Shown: one piece after another, positions 32,802 through 43,282 of the stretch
Layout of the letters: the number at the start of each line of letters is the position of its first letter
Numbering within the stretch: position 1 is the first letter of the stretch
Source of the DNA: Naegleria gruberi
Taxonomy: Eukaryota
Assembly: GCA_000004985.1 (NCBI GenBank)
Contig: GG738934.1
Strand: one strand, 5' to 3'
Length of the DNA stretch: 64,000 bases
Translations under genes and position numbers: made by a program
Notes under the pieces: model-generated
Told to the model about the DNA's origin: nothing
Seen by the model: the letters and a program-made list of their open reading frames with translations, nothing else
Databases searched by the model: none

Positions 32802-33550
32802 ATGAACAGATCCCTCGCCCTCGTTGCCAAGAAGCCAGTTGCTGCTTTGAATGTTGCTGTCCAAAAGAATGGTATGGCTCTCATGACCATGAAGTTCTCT
32901 TCACCACAACAACAAACTAGATTTATTCAAACTTTGAGAAAGAGAAATAATCCAGGTTTCTTGGATACCGTTTCTGGAATGGTAGGTTTTGTGCTTGTTG
33001 AAGGGTTTCTAATAGTTTTATGATGTTTCTAATAATTTTAATGTTTATTTCGAAATGATGGTGTTCACGAATTAATTTGATGATGGATGGAAATATTTGG
33101 ATGATTCTCACCTGCCAAAAAATATTTTTTCCAATATCATTATCCATTTATCCTTTTCTAACAACCTTTCGAATATGTTCAAACTACACAATTTTTCACT
33201 AACACAAATAGTACGAAAGTGCTGAATACAAACTCGATTGTAAACCTTTCGAATTCAGAGAAGGTGAACCATTCTTCCTCTTCAACTACTTGGGTGTTGT
33301 CATTGTCGCCTGCACCATTGCTTTCGCCTTCTTTATGTGTTTCTCCTCATTGGCTCGTTATACTTTAATCGATACTCAAGTCACTTTATCTAGAAGAAAC
33401 CCACATCCATTCTTGAATATCAAGACTGGTACTGATATGATGGCTACTATTAATCCAATTTATAGATTCTGTCAACCATTTTCACATACTATTGATTTGA
33501 AGCAAATGTTTTATAATGAATTGAACAGAGCTAGAAATCATAGTTTGTAA
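32802..33550 (+). CDS. NDUFA4/COXFA4-like small mitochondrial membrane protein (tentative). Two exons: 32802..32981 and 33212..33550.
   Basis: Exon 1 encodes a presequence-like MNRSLALVAKKPVAALNVAV.. with strongly C/T-3rd-position-biased codons, typical of highly expressed genes. Intron GTAGGT..ATAG, phase 0. Exon 2 has a single TM (FFLFNYLGVVIVACTIAFAFFMCF) followed by ..SRRNPHPFLNIKTG.. (compare NDUFA4 ..WDRNNPEPWNKLGP..). Confidence 0.5.
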
Positions 33551-33893
33551 ATTTTTGTATACATATTGGATTCTATATTGAATATTCAAAAGTAGTATTG
33601 TTTTTTTGGAAAGAGGAGAAACGATATTTGCTTGTTGAATGTAACGAGATGATATTTACGTACAATTATAATCACTTCTAAAGAAATAAAAAGTAAAAAA
33701 GCCTTTAATAATAAATAGGGTAATATTTAGGTAAACAAAATAATTAGAAACTCTTCTTTCTCCAACAATAAACTTTATCGTTCTTCCCGATAATATTTCA
33801 ACAATAAATGTTAACTCTGATAGATTTTAAGATAAATTCTCCATAAATAATAATAATAAATAAAGTAATTTTAATGCCATTGGTGAAATAATA

Positions 33894-35600
33894 TTAGAAA
33901 GTATCATCTTCAAATTTAAATGAAGAGGCTGTTCCAGGAGTTGGTGTATCCATATCGAATTGATCTCCACCACTCAAACCACTTCCAGGTGTCGATTCAT
34001 CCTCCATTACATCATTTACAAATGTGGTTGGATCCAAAACTCTTTCCTTTGATCCTTGAATCAGTGCCTTTTGATAAAATTCCTTAACATCATTCATGAA
34101 TTTATCAGCTTGAGCATTGGCTTCAATATGCTTCCATTCTTCGTCCAATCTGACAACTCCCTGCACTGTACCAGTTTGAGGATTATATGTTGTTTGAGAA
34201 TTGGAATAGGAGACGACATAGTATGGAAGAATGAGTTCATTATTGAATACAGCATGATTCATAGAGTCGGATGTTCTTAAAGAGTGATTAGCTCCCAAAC
34301 TGGAAATATCAGCATTTTGTAACTTATTCAAATCACGAACAGCACTTCTACCTGGCAAGACAAGGAAGAGCATAATCTTGGTGTTCTTGGCAATGACAGC
34401 ATTAGCTTGTGCAGCAAGATTTGTAAAGACATATGGTTTGCCACTGTTATTTCTTACACCATTCTTACAAATCCAATCGATATTATCATCACTATAATCC
34501 GAAATATCCATAAATGTTAAAATTGGCTTGACTTCAGGATATTTGGTATTCAAATCGTAGGCAAGATTATGTCTACTGGCTTCAAATTGTTTAACCAAAC
34601 CAGGTGTGACAACATATTTAACTTCGGTAATTCTAAATTGTGTCTTGGTAGTGAGCAATCTGTAAAATTCAGATTCAGCAACTCTAAAGTGAATGTGAGA
34701 AACTTCATTGGAGAAGGTTCTTTCTGGTTTGAAGGTAAATGTTCTTGGTTCATCCCTTTCCATTGTTTCATATTCTCCAGGCAAGTACATTCTATTCTTT
34801 TTGTATTCTTCCTCTTCAGTGAGAGTGCCATCATTACTGGAACTGCCAGTTTCATTCTTTCCGATCCAATCTCCCAAAGATGAAGAGGAAGATTTACTCT
34901 TGAAGGATTCTACTTGTTTGGTCAATCTATCAGTTTCCTTCTTTTCCATATCAATCATTTCTTTCATTCTCTTGATACGATCACTTAAAACATTGACATT
35001 ATTTTCATATTTTGGAAGTGTAACATCTTCAAAGAATTGAATAGGTGGATTTTCACTATTTGTACTCAAACTTTCAGTTTCAATAACTTCCTTTGCTTCC
35101 TTGATAATCTTCTTGGTTTTGATCTTTGGAATATCTGGACGACGAGGTAATTCACCTGTCAATAATCCTTCCATAGCTGCTTCTTCACGACCTTTACATC
35201 TAATCAAAGCATCTCTAATTTCTTTTGTTTTCTTATCAGGAAGTAATTGTTTCAAACTTCTAACCTTTTCTTTGTATCCTTTAACATGTTGTTGGATGTA
35301 TCCTTCTTCATCTTCTTCAATAATTTCAATTTCTCTCTCAACGAGAATTGTCTTTTTCTTTACAAAATGTCCTCTCTTTTCATTTTCTCTTTCTACACTT
35401 TCATTCAATAATCTAGTTGACAATTTTGAACGAGCAAGTGTCAAATCACGTTGTAACAAATTTTTCAACTTGGCAGATGAAACTTTCCCAAGTAATTGTT
35501 CAATTTCTTCGAGATCGGACACTGTAAAACTGTCCAATGTTTTGACGTACTTTTCCAATAGAGGATTTTCAGGATGTGATTCAACAGCTTGGGAGATCAT
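33894..35600 (-). CDS. CUE/UBA-like domain protein with coiled-coil regions and a C-terminal globular domain of unknown family.
   Basis: 568-aa ORF. ..TKEIRDALIRCKGREEAAMEGLLTGE.. resembles CUE/UBA helices. Acidic coiled-coil ..EREIEIIEEDEEG... The C-terminal ~280 aa (..FRVAESEFYRLL..IMLFLVLPGRSAVRDL..) is not recognised. Confidence 0.55.
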   Translation of the reverse strand: MISQAVESHPENPLLEKYVKTLDSFTVSDLEEIEQLLGKVSSAKLKNLLQRDLTLARSKLSTRLLNESVERENEKRGHFVKKKTILVEREIEIIEEDEEGYIQQHVKGYKEKVRSLKQLLPDKKTKEIRDALIRCKGREEAAMEGLLTGELPRRPDIPKIKTKKIIKEAKEVIETESLSTNSENPPIQFFEDVTLPKYENNVNVLSDRIKRMKEMIDMEKKETDRLTKQVESFKSKSSSSSLGDWIGKNETGSSSNDGTLTEEEEYKKNRMYLPGEYETMERDEPRTFTFKPERTFSNEVSHIHFRVAESEFYRLLTTKTQFRITEVKYVVTPGLVKQFEASRHNLAYDLNTKYPEVKPILTFMDISDYSDDNIDWICKNGVRNNSGKPYVFTNLAAQANAVIAKNTKIMLFLVLPGRSAVRDLNKLQNADISSLGANHSLRTSDSMNHAVFNNELILPYYVVSYSNSQTTYNPQTGTVQGVVRLDEEWKHIEANAQADKFMNDVKEFYQKALIQGSKERVLDPTTFVNDVMEDESTPGSGLSGGDQFDMDTPTPGTASSFKFEDDTF

Positions 35601-36090
35601 TTTATAGATTTACTACTATTATATAAAATTTAATGAATATTGGTAGAGATTTGATGATGATCGTAAAATTGATCGGAGGTTGGTTATTAAATTACAATTT
35701 GTACAAATTTTGTTGTTGTTGTTATTTTTCAATGTGGGTGATGAAAAACCTTCTAATTCGATTATTACTATTCAATATCTACTATACTCTCGAGAGGTAA
35801 AAAAAGCGTGCGGAGAAGAGTTTGAATGTTTTGACTTTTTTTTTGATGGTTAAATTTCGACTTTCCAGTGGTACAAACTTCCAAGTTCACCACAGCAATG
35901 AATTTGGTTGGTTGAATGAACGTTTCAATACTAATAACAATGAATTTGATTACAAAATCAACTTCCACGAGAAATTTGGAAAGAAAAGAAGGTCTATTAA
36001 TGGAAGAGTGCAAAGATGAAAATGTAGGATGTGATTCTTTGAGGTTTCATGCAAATTGTAGTTTTTGAAAAAAATGTTCTTTGTAATAAT

Positions 36091-37359
36091 TTATTGGTTG
36101 CTGTTAATAGAACGAGTGAGACAAAACTTGATCAAACTCAAAGTCTTTGCAGTTATCTTACTAGTGCTCAAATCACTTGGAGAATCGAAATGAGTAAGAT
36201 TAGGATAAACTTGACTAAATGTTAGACGAGCATCTCTTTGAGATAAGACATCGATCAAATTCTTGTAATCTTCTGGGTGAACATTGGCGTCAGTTGGAGA
36301 ATTGAGTGCGCAAACAAATGGCATTGTTGCTGACTTGAGTAAATGTAGTTTTGTAAACTCAATCGAAGTATAATTAAATGCAGATTGAATGAATCTTCCA
36401 CTAACATAACCTCCAATATTGTAAGCCCAGTCAATTGGATAACTACCCTTCTCAAAGAGAGGGAAGAAGTTTGCTAATGCAACTGCAGTCTTATTACTAA
36501 TATCCATATTCGAATTTGCTATTGGAATGAGTTGAGAAGTTGGATCTTCCTTTTCACATGCCTCTTTCAAAATATTCCAATTAGTAACCATTCTCAAATT
36601 TTGTTTCACTAGAAATTGTCCATAATTAAATACCAATCCATTCATTAGAAATACGTTAATGACTTGCTTCCCCATTTTCACATTACTTTCACTGTTGAAC
36701 AAATTAAATGATTTGAGAACTACATTGACACCTTCTGAATGTCCCAAAATTCCCAACTTGGAAGGATTGACATCTGGACGAGTTGACAAATATTCCAATC
36801 CACTCACTGCATCAATTGCAAAATCATCCAAGGTTACTAAATTGTAATCAAATTGCTGAGGTGCATCAGAAGGTCCTCCATACCAACAATTCTCAAAATG
36901 ATGCGTCAATTGATTCACAGTACATAATTTACACTCCTCATGTCCAGAACAATGACCTCTCTTATCATAGGTCAAAACAACCAATCCACTCTTTGCCAAT
37001 TCCATTCCTAGTTCATAAAACACTTGAAAATTCATAAAGGTCAATCCACAATTTGGATCCTTCTTTGGAAAACCCATCGTATTCAAAAAGGCATAATTCA
37101 TAGCTGATTCATTTCTATTACTAGCTCCACTTCCATGTACTAGCACAACAGCACCTCTTTGAACAGTTGTTTCGGAACCAGAAATAATTGGTTTATAGAG
37201 CGTTCCATGCATGATCAATTTTCCAGAGGGAGCATTCGATACGAAAGCAACACTTTCAGTGGCAACCTCCAATGAAGCAGCCTCTACGGATAAATTAGTA
37301 GCTACAACAAGTAGCATCAATAGAATTGATGAGAAGGAAATCAAAGATGTTTGGCGCAT
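36091..37359 (-). CDS. Secreted alpha/beta hydrolase (GHSEG nucleophile).
   Basis: Signal peptide MRQTSLISFSSILLMLLVVATNLSVEAAS. ..AVVLVHGSGASNRNESAMN.. (HG oxyanion motif). ..LGILGHSEGVNVVLKS.. (GxSxG). His near the C-terminus ..NLTHFD... Confidence 0.75.
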   Translation of the reverse strand: MRQTSLISFSSILLMLLVVATNLSVEAASLEVATESVAFVSNAPSGKLIMHGTLYKPIISGSETTVQRGAVVLVHGSGASNRNESAMNYAFLNTMGFPKKDPNCGLTFMNFQVFYELGMELAKSGLVVLTYDKRGHCSGHEECKLCTVNQLTHHFENCWYGGPSDAPQQFDYNLVTLDDFAIDAVSGLEYLSTRPDVNPSKLGILGHSEGVNVVLKSFNLFNSESNVKMGKQVINVFLMNGLVFNYGQFLVKQNLRMVTNWNILKEACEKEDPTSQLIPIANSNMDISNKTAVALANFFPLFEKGSYPIDWAYNIGGYVSGRFIQSAFNYTSIEFTKLHLLKSATMPFVCALNSPTDANVHPEDYKNLIDVLSQRDARLTFSQVYPNLTHFDSPSDLSTSKITAKTLSLIKFCLTRSINSNQ

Positions 37360-37610
37360 TTTTTTTTGTAAAATGAAATTAAGCGATTTTTATGCCGACA
37401 GAAAACCTTTAAATTCATTACAATGATTACTCAGGTTGATGCACATTTTTCGTTTCTTATGTAATTCTTGAGAGATGGTTTAACAATGGAGGAGCATAAA
37501 ATATTGATTCCTCCATACTTGTTTCCAGTAAACATCTTTCATGAGTGTATTATCGAAAATAAGCATAACTGAAAGGTCTATGTTGTGGAGCCTTAATACC
37601 TTAACAAGAA

Positions 37611-37693
37611 GCGTCGATGGTTTAGTGGTAGAATACGGCGTTGCCATCGCCGTGACCAGGGTTCAATTGTATGTTCAATTCCCGGTCGACGCA
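37611..37693 (+). pseudogene. tRNA-Gly(GCC)-like, copy 2. It carries a 12-nt tandem duplication in the T-loop and a C->A change in the T-stem, so it is a probable tRNA pseudogene. It is inverted relative to copy 1, about 35.7 kb away.
   Basis: GCGTCGA TG GTTT AGTGGTA GAAT A CGGCG TTGCCAT CGCCG TGACC AGGGT TCAATTGTATG TTCAATT CCCGG TCGACGC A. The anticodon arm is intact here. The T-arm reads CAGGG..ttcaattgtatg + ttcaattcccgg, where copy 1 has CCGGG TTCAATT CCCGG. The 5' flank gccttaataccttaacaagaa matches copy 1's flank gccttaatatcttaataagaa. Confidence 0.6.
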
Positions 37694-37905
37694 ATCATTT
37701 CTTTTTAATTTTCCTCTTTTTAATATTCTCTTTTACTTCTGTTTACCATAAAAACTATACATTTATTCCTATCTATCATCCAAAAATTGCAGCCTATAAC
37801 TCAATATTAATCGAGAATTAGTCCTCAGGTTGACCCCATTTTTTTCTTTTCTTTTAAGTTTTTAAGTTGCATTTTATTTTATTGACATAAATTAGGAATT
37901 GGAAA

Positions 37906-40900
37906 TCAAGCAGTTTCTTCTTGAATTGTTGGGGAAAGTGAATCGTCATGTTTTGTTCTACTAAACGAAAGACAATCACTCGGATTAATGACATAGGTTT
38001 GCATGGTTCCCTTTCCTTTCACTTCAATGCGTCTTTCCTCAAAGGCTGAATATTTTTCCTTTAGTTTCGAATAAACTACATCAGTAACTTGAATATGACC
38101 TGTTGGACACAAGTATTCCATTCTTGAAGCCGTCTATTTAAAATATTAGCATTACAATTCAGAATTTCAATAACTTACATTCACAGCATCTCCCCAAATA
38201 TCATAGGCATATTTCAATACTCCGCAAACTCCCGCAACCAAAGGTCCTGCATTAATTCCTGCCCTTAATCCAATATTCCAATTACGATGTTCATTTCTCA
38301 ATTGGAAATCATTAAATATTTCGAATAGATTCAAAGCAAATTCGAAAACCCTCAATTCATGTTCTTCATCTTTCATTTCATTCGCTTTTAGTCCGCCAGT
38401 GCAAAAATATTTCGATTGAATTGTTTTGATTTTTTCCAAATTGAATCTGACACATGCCTCATCGAATTGCATGACAAGATCATTAAGGTTTTGAACTAGG
38501 TCAGTGGCACTTAATCCTAAATCTAATAATCCAACTATGTCAGAAAAAATACATGTCACATGATCGAACTTGTCAGCAATCAAATTTTCACCACCTTCTT
38601 GTAATCTCTTTGCAACACTATAAGGCATGATATTCATCAATAAAGCTTCACTCTTCTTCTTCTGTTCTGCTAATTCCTTAACTTGCATTTTAATTTCTGT
38701 CAAATCTCTGATAAAACAAGTAATGACATTTCTACTATCTGTAACCGAAACACAAATTCTCATTTCAACTGAAACAGTTGCTAAATTCTTTCTAACACCA
38801 ACCAATTCCAATGTTTCTGAATAGCCAGAGCTTGCCATACTCATCTGAGTAATGATTGGTTGTAAACTTGCTTCTGAACTCTTATCGAATAGTTTCACCA
38901 ATGGGAAACCTATCATTTGATCTGATCTGAACCCAAATAACTTTTCAGATGCATTATTGAAAATATCGATGGTTCCATTTGCAGAACAGACAATGGCACT
39001 TGTTAAGGCAGCTTCAAGAATGGCCCTTTCTTTCGGTACCTTTCGTTTTGATTTCTCTTTTGGATCAGTTTTAAGAATGTGATGGAAAATGTAATTTCTC
39101 AAATCGTCATTCGAATCCAACACTTCCCAATGGAGATAATTCAACATTTTCCTCAACACATAATTTTCATTTCGAACATTCTTCATTGTCATGAAATTCA
39201 ACATGTAGCAAAGTAATAATAATGGAATTCCCACAACTGTTCCAATTATGGTAAAGTATGGCTGTGAATTAAAGTAGGCATAGTACAAAATTTCGTTCAG
39301 AGAACCGAATGTTCCATATAAATCATAAGCAGTCAAATACAGAAATTCTGGAATTTTGTTCAAATCTGAAACTGTTCCATTGTAAACTCGAAGAATTTCA
39401 TTTAGCTTTACAGCTTGAGCTCTAAAGAAACCAACCTTATCATCCATTGAATTACAAGAGAAAGTTGAGCAATTTGAAGATGTCTTTCCAAGTAAATTGT
39501 CAAGATTTGAATTAACTCCGCTCAAGCTCAAATAACCATCTACAGAACTTCCATATCTGGTAGCTGTCCAATGAGTATCGAAGGAAGTAATGTGATCAAG
39601 AAGAAGTTTGGATCGTTCTTCTCTGAATGTCTGGTTATCGAGATGTAATACCATTTGGAAGATGTCATATCTTATTTGTTGTTCATAACTCATGGCATAT
39701 GACATTTCTCTTAATTTGACAACACCATAAGTGTGAGCTTGAAAATCTGTAAAAACATCAGCTATAATCATAGATAATGCAACACAAGTAACCAAAATTG
39801 AAAAGATATCCAAGAATATTAACTTGGTGACAGATGTGAAAAGTGACTTGGTTGAACTTTTGACATCTTGTTCTTCGCCAACAACCTTTTCCATAGTAGT
39901 GATGAGAAATCTTGACTCTTCTTGTGGTACTTGATGAAACAATCTCAAAATTAACTTTCTATTGTAAATAAATCTTAATAGGAATAATGAGTGAACTATC
40001 GAATAAACCAAAAAGGAAAAGAATATAAAAACCACAACAATTATAAAGTCATTTGTAGTGCTATTCAAATCACTATATAAATATTTGTAAATATCTTCAA
40101 AAAACTGTGCAAATCCATTCGACATTCTCTCCACATTATTCCCTAAAAAGGTAAATTGTGAATTATCCAATGAAATCTTATCACTCGACTTGGTCTGATT
40201 AATTAAATCAACAAGTGTCAAGAGTAACATTTTGTTTCTCTTTGCAATCCAATTAGTTGACGTATACTTCCAACTCCCGCTCTCATCATCCACTAAAATC
40301 AACTTATCCTCCGCATTGTAATACTCAACCACAGTATCATCATATTGAGTGGAAAATAATTCATTCAAATTCTCCAATTTAACTGCCTTACTCGAGCCGA
40401 GTGTGTTGATTTTGGATCTGAATGTTGGAATGCTCCAGATTGAGGTTGTGTTTAAGGGTCCGACTTGTCCGTTCAAATTGTTAATGTTAATTAAGGCTGA
40501 GAAGGGAAGTGCAGTCAAAACCGAAACACTATCGAATAGATCGAGAGAGGTAAGTTTGAAAAGAAGTGAAAGACCAATGATTAAGACCATTAAGATGAAT
40601 AACAATTGAAATCCACCACTCGTATTCAAAAAATAGAAGAGTTTCTCATTTTCGTCTGGTTTCGAAATGGCATTCGTAAATATTTCCTGTTGCTTGTCTA
40701 AAACAGTTTCAAAATTTTCTTCTTCCTCTTCACCCATCATTGAAATGGAATCAAAATTATCCAACATTAAATCATCAGTTGCGAATAGATTATTCTTCGT
40801 TGGCGAAAGTGCAAGAAACTGCATTGGTGGTTTCTCACTTTCCTTAATTGGTTTCTCTTCTTCTTCGTCTTCGTTTCCCATGGCCATGAAATTGAATTCT

Positions 40901-42957
40901 CTCTGATAGTGTTTGTATAATTGTTGGATAGTTTCGTCTTCTTCATGATCGAGAATGAGATTTTGGAATGCAACATCCAATTCATACGAAAGTGATTCAA
41001 TCTTTTGTAAAATGTGGTCGACATTGGATTTGGACGAAACTAATTTCCAGAATTCGATAATCATAATTCTGAGTTTCTTCATACGGAGATTTAATCTTTC
41101 AATTACTGTTTCACCAACAGTTCCTTTGATTTTCATGTTAATTGCCAAACTTTTTTCCAATTCTGCCATTCGCATATAAATGGCGAATTGTTGACGAAAG
41201 TTTGGTTTTCGTTGTTCTGCCTTTTTGAGGAAAGTGCTGGCTTGGAAATAATTTGGAGGTTTGCAAATATCTTTCGAATAGAGAGCCATGTTGATGAGAC
41301 AATTACAACTAATCGAATCTGTGGTACGAAACAAGATTCGTACAAAATCAAAGATGATATCTTGTTGTTCTTCAGTTCCTTTCAATGCAAATTTGATAAA
41401 ATTGGCCAAAGCTGGTAAATTTGAATGATTAAAGTTCAATTCATGAGTTGATTGTGAGCTAGTCACAACAGATGCAATTTGCTGACCTTTCGTCATGATT
41501 CGTCTAGTATAAATATCCGTCACAATGAAACCAATTACAAATCCCACAATTCCCAAAACAATCGGTGCAAAAGTAAGTCCCAAACCAAGATCCCAATCAT
41601 CATTCTTATTTACCAACGTTGAAACCAATGCCGAAATTCCAACTCCAAGTCTTGCAAATCCAATTCCACCATAAACGGAATTTGTTGACCTGTGAAAAAA
41701 AGGCAAGTCCTTAAACAGTAAAACAATGAAAACCAACGCCATAATAATGAACATGATTGGACGAATGAAATTAATCATGTGAGGGAAAGTTCCAGCCACA
41801 ACATTATACAATTGATTGGAGCCAATAATGAAAGCCATCAGAAATGGTGTGTCCATCACAAAAGCTGACTTGACTTTGACATCTGTATCACAAAATAACA
41901 ACACAGTATTCATGGTAATCAATATTTGAATAATGCAAAATAACCATGACACTATTCCCAAAACAATATTCGAAACTCCCAAACATTCCACTGTTGGAAA
42001 CCTTCTCAAAACATAAGTTGCATCATAAGCTCCACTCAGAGTAACTGTCTTTTCATAATCACAATCGAAAAATGCATGAATTAAGGCAAAGGTCACTGGC
42101 ATTGAACAGAGCGTGATGGAAGTAAAGGCAATTCGTCCAGCTGTTCGAATTCTTTTCCAATAGGAAGTACCATAAACTAGTGAACGATAGGTCATGTAAA
42201 TGATTGCTATTGCTATACTTTCCAATAATAGCAATGCAGCTGCTAGTCCTATATATGCCTCATATGGAAGGTATTGGAATCCAAACGTTCTAGGAATGAC
42301 AAGAACATTCATAATGTATTTACCATATTCCCCCCACCCAAAATCCAATGAACATCCCAAAACGAGAGATTGAATCATTATGAAAATATGTAAAGTTATT
42401 GAAATGAATCTGTGAAGTGGATTTTCCAACTTGACAGCTTGAATAAACATCAAATACTTGTCGATATATTCATTCATAACAGTTGTATTTTCATCATCTT
42501 CATCTTCTGGATGAGGAGTTTCATCTTTTGCATCTTCATCCCAAAAATCTGTTGATTTCGACTTGATTTCCTTGAGCTTTGAAGAGTTGGTTGATGGTCT
42601 TTGAATACTTCTAATGCTTCGGGAACTTCTTGCAGTCCTTATTGAGGCTGTACTTTGAGTTGAAACCAACTTGTGAGGTGATTGAATATTCTGATTCGAA
42701 TTGTTTAGTCTAGGTTTCGAATGACTTTGAATAGAATCTAGAGGCGTAATCCTAGAAGTTGATTTACGTTTCTCCAACAACAATGACCTAACAGAAGCTT
42801 GAGATTTTTGCTTTTTAGAATTTTGAGCTAAGAACGGAACATTACTTGAGGGGGTTGGTGATTTTGGTGAGGTTGTTACATTGAGATGATGATTTGTATG
42901 AGTTGGGATTATCAGCACTGCTGCTGAATCTTCGTTACAAGAGTTAGAAGAAGACAT
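37906..42957 (-). CDS. Multi-TM receptor-type class III nucleotidyl cyclase, C2-like subunit: about 6 TM, cytoplasmic coiled-coil region, TM/extracytoplasmic loop/TM, PAS, cyclase domain. Two exons: 42957..38179 and 38133..37906. Intron 38134..38178.
   Basis: PAS: ILEAALTSAIVCSANGTIDIFNNASEKLFGFRSDQMIGFPLVKLF... Cyclase: ..LLMNIMPYSVAKRLQEGGENLIADKFDHVTCIFSDIVGLL..EKIKTIQSKYFCTGGL..GLRAGINAGPLVAGVCGVLKYAYDIWGDAVN|TASRMEYLCPTGHIQVTD..IEVKGKGTMQTY. The first metal Asp (FSDIVG), Lys, Asp (YDIWG), Asn (AVN) and Arg (ASR) are present. The second metal Asp motif IGDAY reads IQSKY. Confidence 0.85.
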
Positions 42958-43282
42958 GATGCCTTTTTGTTGTTTTTATTTAATTCGTAAGTTGATGTTT
43001 GCTGATTTGATTGTTTGAATGGTTCTTCGAAAAATTACGATTTTGGTTTCCTTGGGACTTACCATAACACAACCATGATATTGCTTTTTTCACTTGGAAA
43101 TTGTTGAGCACTTAAATTAGCAAAAAATAGGGAAGTTTTGATTCCTGTTGATAAGTTGTATTCTGAAAAAGGTGCCAATTTTAACTAATTCCATGAATAC
43201 ATCTCTCCTCAACAATCACCACAAACAACTTCAAATCCCATCAACACTAGAATAGTCCTTACAGTTGGTCAATTAAAAAATT
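42958..43282. promoter_or_regulatory. 325-bp shared divergent intergenic region between the two head-to-head cyclase genes (candidate bidirectional promoter).
   Basis: Minus-strand start codon at 42957 and plus-strand ATG at 43283. AT-rich with T tracts. No motif is asserted. Confidence 0.45.

Noticed and set aside
32639-33147. ORFs 32639..32920, 32802..33023 (tail) and 32923..33147
   Set aside because: They overlap the 5' UTR and intron of the NDUFA4-like gene. The spliced model explains the region better.
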